Below are positions 38,944-42,893 of a stretch of DNA of 42,893 nt, piece by piece. The DNA is from Moniliella sp. 'wahieum' (lineage: Eukaryota): assembly GCA_003971905.1 (NCBI GenBank), contig RSEE01000121.1:124001-166893 (forward strand). The letters run 5' to 3'. Position numbers and translations under genes: made by a program. The notes under the pieces are model-generated. The model was not told the DNA's origin. It ran no database searches and worked only from the letters and a program-made list of their open reading frames with translations. The stretch's first letter is position 1. Each line of letters opens with the position of its first letter.

Positions 38944-40522
38944 TCACCCTCCCGTTGAATGGGCTCCAAGCGCGGGAGAGCGTCCTGTTTGGCGGCGTTC
39001 CTTCTCCGTTTCAAGCTGAAAAGGAGGGCGGGGGGGGGGGGAGTCAGGAAAAGGGTCAGCGGGTGCATGTGGTCTGGAACTGGGCACCTTCATGCAACAT
39101 GAAATGGCAGGCCCCAGAAGAGGTTGAATCCAAGGCTCCAAGGACGTACCTGGTTATACATCAAGTACAACGCTTTCTCGTTCGACGCTGGCGTTCCCTG
39201 GATGGTAAACAGCCGTTCTCCCGACGCTGTGTGAGAGACCTTAGCAATGGAGATGCGAGAACCACTCAGGCGGCGAATCTCGGTGATGCGTGCGCCACCT
39301 TTGCCAATGATGCATCCCACCATGTCAGCAGGGATGGAAATGTTCTGGGTGCGCAGGTTGGCCGCATCTACCACGGCCGGTGCCGTTCCCGGTCCAATTC
39401 CCGTGATGCCACCGGCGACAAAACCGCCGCCGGGCGCAACCGCTGCGCCCTGGGCCGCTGCTCGCGCAATGGCTGCGGGCGAGGTAGCGCTGCCCGAGGG
39501 AATGCCCGTGGGTGGAAAGACACGCTGGTGTTGCAGGGACGCAAGGTGGGCAGTGTAGCGGTACTGGGCTGCGCTGGCGCCAAACAAATCCAAGCCTGCG
39601 CCCAGGCCCAGGCCAGCGCGCGGGGGGAAGAGAGGGGCAAAGGGGGCATCAGGGAAGGAAGAGAGGAGGGGCAGGATACTCGTGTTTCGCAGGGGAACGC
39701 ATGCCGTGTCTCAAGGTGGACGCGGTAGCCGAGTAGGGCGTACCAACGCAGCTGGACGCAGGGCCATCGGACGGGTCGGGGTCGTACAGCACCGTGCCTT
39801 GGGCGCGCTCCCATTCCGACACGAGGCACCGGGCCACCTCGGCGACAGCCTGTTGGATGGCGGTCGCTGTGCCAGTAATGTCAATCACCCGCTCAGTCGA
39901 ATTGGGCAGCATTTCCTTGGTGGCCACCATGCGCGTCCCGCTGGCTTCTTGGATGGCCTTGATGTTGCTTCCTTGTTTTCCAATCACCACGCCCACAATC
40001 ATATGGGAGAGAAGGATACGGATGGTGGTAGTGGATGTGTTGGGCACGTCGGCGGAAGAAACCGGAGTGGCGGGGGAAGAAAGCGGAGGAGGGACAAGGT
40101 CTTTTTCGACACTGGTAAGAGAGTCTTGGGAGAAATGGGAGTGTCGGGGAGCAAATCCATGCGGCCGCCCTCGGTGCTAGTAGGTGTGGCGGGTGTCGAG
40201 GAGTCTTGCGAGGCCGGAGACGAGACGGAGGAAGCGGCGGTATCAATAAAGGCCTGGGAAATCAGACCAAAGGCCTCGGCCACGCCATTCAGGGGACTAG
40301 TGAGAGTAAGAACACGATGAACGCGAGGCAGCACCTTGCTCACCCCGGCTTTGACCCCTGTCTTCTCGCGAAGCGATGCGACGTGTTGTCCGCCGCGGCC
40401 GATGATGATGCCTGCCTCCTTGGGGCGACGAGGGCGCGCATGCTGACCTCGGCGGTGGGGTCGAGGTAGCGCTCGACGGCGTCCACGGGGGCGATGGTGA
40501 GGTCGACGACGTTGGGATTCAT
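38944..40522 (-). CDS. Triple-KH-domain RNA-binding protein (Rnc1/Pbp2/Hek2, hnRNP K/PCBP family); intron 39016-39149; frameshifted
   Basis: KH1 MRALVAP..IIGRGG, KH2 IRILLSHMIVGVVIGKQGSNIKAIQEASG, KH3 TQNISIPADMVGCIIGKGGARITEIRRLSGSRISI; EKALYLMYNQ|LETEKERR. Confidence 0.9.
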
Positions 40523-41145
40523 GGTGAGGGGGGCTGGTCCAGACGGGTGCTCGGGAAGGGTGGGGTGGGATAGGCAGTGTGAGAGCGACAAGGCAGGGCA
40601 GGGGGGCGGGGCGAGACTCCTGGCGGCGCTCACGTTGGCGACAGCGGGGAGGGAGAAGGGTGGGGGGGAGGAGGCGTCGATCTGGCGGCGGTGGTATATA
40701 AGCGCGGTGCTGCTGCTATCTCTGCTGGCGGGGGAGGCGCCGGTGGGCGCGAAAGCCAAAGGGCGGTGGTGCTCCCACGGCAGAGATGGCCGGGAGGAGC
40801 GGGGCGGCGACAAGCACGCGCAATACACACAACACAAGCAACACACGCCCAACACGCTAATACTATATCCTGCCCCACTACCGACCCCTTTCTGACATCC
40901 ATGACTATCATGACGATCATGACTGTCATAGTTTGAGGACCGTTGCTTTGATGTCATAGACATCAAGTAAATAACGCAGGTGTTCTCTAGACATATTCCC
41001 AACTCCCGAGGGATGTCACGGGACTGGCTGGATGTAACGAGGTCCCTCATATACATCTAGATGTATCAGAGGGATCCCAACTGATGTATCTCAGGGTATT
41101 TTTGGCCGTGCCGTCACGACCCCCGGCGCACCCGGTGACCACCCG

Positions 41146-41898
41146 TCGAGGCCATCGGAGGGTGGGTGGGGTGGGTCGGGGTGGGTAGGGTTAGGGATGG
41201 GGGGGTGTAACTTGTCAACGGGTGGTCCAATCGAGAAACGGAGGCCATATGCTGCATAGAGCGGACGATTTCCTAGCGAGCTATCGCCTCGGCATAACTC
41301 TCTCCCCTTCGGGTAGCGAGCTATCGCCTCGGCATAACTCTCTCCCCTTCGGGTAGCGAGCTATCGCCTCGGCATAACTCTCTCCCCTTCGGGTAGCGAG
41401 CTATCGCCTCGGCATAACTCTCTCCCCTTCGGGTAGCGAGCTATCGCCTCGGCATAACTCTCTCCCCTTCGGGTAGCGAGCTATCGCCTCGGCATAACTC
41501 TCTCCCCCTTCGGGTAGCGAGCTATCGCCTCGGCATAACTCTCTCCCCTTCGGTAGCGAGCTATCGCCTCGGCATAACTCTCTCCCCTTCGGTAGCGAGC
41601 TATCTACCCTCGGCCCTCCCCTAGGGTTAGGGCGGGTTGGGTTGGGTAGGGTTGGGTAGGGTTAGGGATGGGTGGGTGTAACTTGTCAACGGTGCGTCCA
41701 ATCGAGAAACGGAGGGCATATGCTGCATAGAGCGGACGATTTTATAGCGAGCTATCGTCGAGGCCATCGGAGGGTGGGTGTTGTGGGTCGGGGTGGGTAG
41801 GGTTAGGGATGGGTGGGTGTAACTTGTCAACGGTGCGTCCAATCGAGAAACGGAGGCCATATGCTGCATAGAGCGGACGATTTTATAGCGAGCTATCG
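41146..41898 (+). repeat. Telomere-associated G-rich module (~140 bp), three copies at about 41146-41287, 41633-41757 and 41757-41898
   Basis: Each copy has degenerate GGGT(T/A)GGG runs, one TTAGGG, and ATGGG..TGTAACTTGTCAACGG..TCCAATCGAGAAACGGAGG.CATATGCTGCATAGAGCGGACGATTT..TAGCGAGCTATCG. Confidence 0.9.
41274..41600 (+). repeat. Subtelomeric 40-bp satellite, array 1 (8 units): GGGTAGCGAGCTATCGCCTCGGCATAACTCTCTCCCCTTC
   Basis: Exact 40-bp period visible from 41281. Confidence 0.97.
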
Positions 41899-42845
41899 CC
41901 TCGGCATAACTCTCTCCCCTTCGGGTAGCTCGCTATCGCCTCGGCATAACTCTCTCCCCTTCTTCGGGTAGCTCTCTATCGCCTCGGCATAACTCTCTCC
42001 CCTTCGGGTAGCGAGCTATCGCCTCGGCATAACTCTCTCCCCTTCGGGTAGCGAGCTATCGCCTCGGCATAACTCTCTCCCCTTCGGTAGCTCGCTATCG
42101 CCTCGGCATAACTCTCTCCCCTTCGGGTAGCGCTATCGCCTCGGCATAACTCTCTCCCCTTCGGTAGCGAGCTATCGCCTCGGCATAACTCTCTCCCCTT
42201 CGGTAGCGAGCTATCGCCTCGGCATAACTCTCTCCCCTTCGGTAGCGAGCTATCGCCTCGGCATAACTCTCTCCCCTTCGGGTAGCGAGCTATCGCCTCG
42301 GCATAACTCTCTCCCCTTCGGGTAGCGAGCTATCGCCTCGGCATAACTCTCTCCCCTTCGGGTAGCGAGCTATCTACCCTCGGCATAACTCTCTCCCCTT
42401 CGGGTAGCGAGCTATCGCCTCGGCATAACTCTCTCCCCTTCGGGTAGCTCGCTATCGCCTCGGCATAACTCTCTCCCCTTCGGGTAGCTCGCTATCGCCT
42501 CGGCATAACTCTCTCCCCTTCGGGTAGCTCGCTATCGCCTCGGCATAACTCTCTCCCCTTCGGGTAGCGAATCGCCTCGGCATAACTCTCTCCCCTTCGG
42601 GTAGCGAGCTATCGCCTCGGCATAACTCTCTCCCCTTCGGGTAGCGAGCTATCGCCTCGGCATAACTCTCTCCCCTTCGGGTAGCGAGCTATCGCCTCGG
42701 CATAACTCTCTCCCCTTCGGTAGCGCTATCGCCTCGGCATAACTCTCTCCCTTCGGGTAGCGAGCTATCGCCTCGGCATAACTCTCTCCCTTCGGGTAGC
42801 GAGCTATCGCCTCGGCATAACTCTCTCCCCTTCGGGTAGCTCGCT
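41886..42845 (+). repeat. Subtelomeric 40-bp satellite, array 2 (24 units with variants)
   Basis: Counted unit by unit; same consensus as array 1. Confidence 0.97.
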
Positions 42846-42865
42846 ATCTACCCTCGGCCCTCCCC

Positions 42866-42893
42866 TAGGGTTAGGGTTAGGGTTAGGGTAGGG
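42866..42893 (+). repeat. Telomeric repeats (TTAGGG)n at the chromosome end, truncated by the assembly or window
   Basis: TAGGG(TTAGGG)3TAGGG at the extreme 3' end, G-strand pointing outward. Confidence 0.9.

Noticed and set aside
41627..41869. 80-aa minus-strand ORF in the subtelomere
   Set aside because: It is a translation of two tandem 141-bp modules, with no coding signature.
41274..42845. CRISPR-like array
   Set aside because: Units are head-to-tail with no unique spacers, there are no cas genes, and the context is a eukaryotic telomere.

Overview
Right-hand end of a fungal chromosome. It is GC-rich, carries GT-AG introns with CTRAC branch points and ends in TTAGGG repeats; the protein style suggests a basidiomycete, probably smut-like (inference). 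About 14 recognisable genes are present: an APC amino-acid permease, ATP11, RPN12, a PPZ-type phosphatase, a DUF3405 protein, a conserved secreted/anchored protein, an Rds1-like ferritin-fold protein, a Mug190-like SMP/C2 protein, POL31, RLP24, NAD(P)HX dehydratase, an alpha/beta hydrolase, a Pca1-like P1B ATPase and a 3xKH RNA-binding protein. These are followed by a ~1.7 kb telomere-associated repeat complex and the telomere. Most genes contain small frameshifts, including essential ones, which points to unpolished long-read errors rather than pseudogenes. The most notable structures are: (i) a modular subtelomere made of a G-rich module, a 40-bp satellite and a fixed cap joined to TTAGGG, with an internal copy of the chromosome end and hairpin-linked repeat variants; (ii) a 3-exon orphan gene invisible in the ORF track; (iii) an N-terminally extended RPN12; (iv) recurrent GTCACGTG/TGACGTCA promoter motifs and (ACC)n leaders. 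All family calls come from motif recognition, not database searches.
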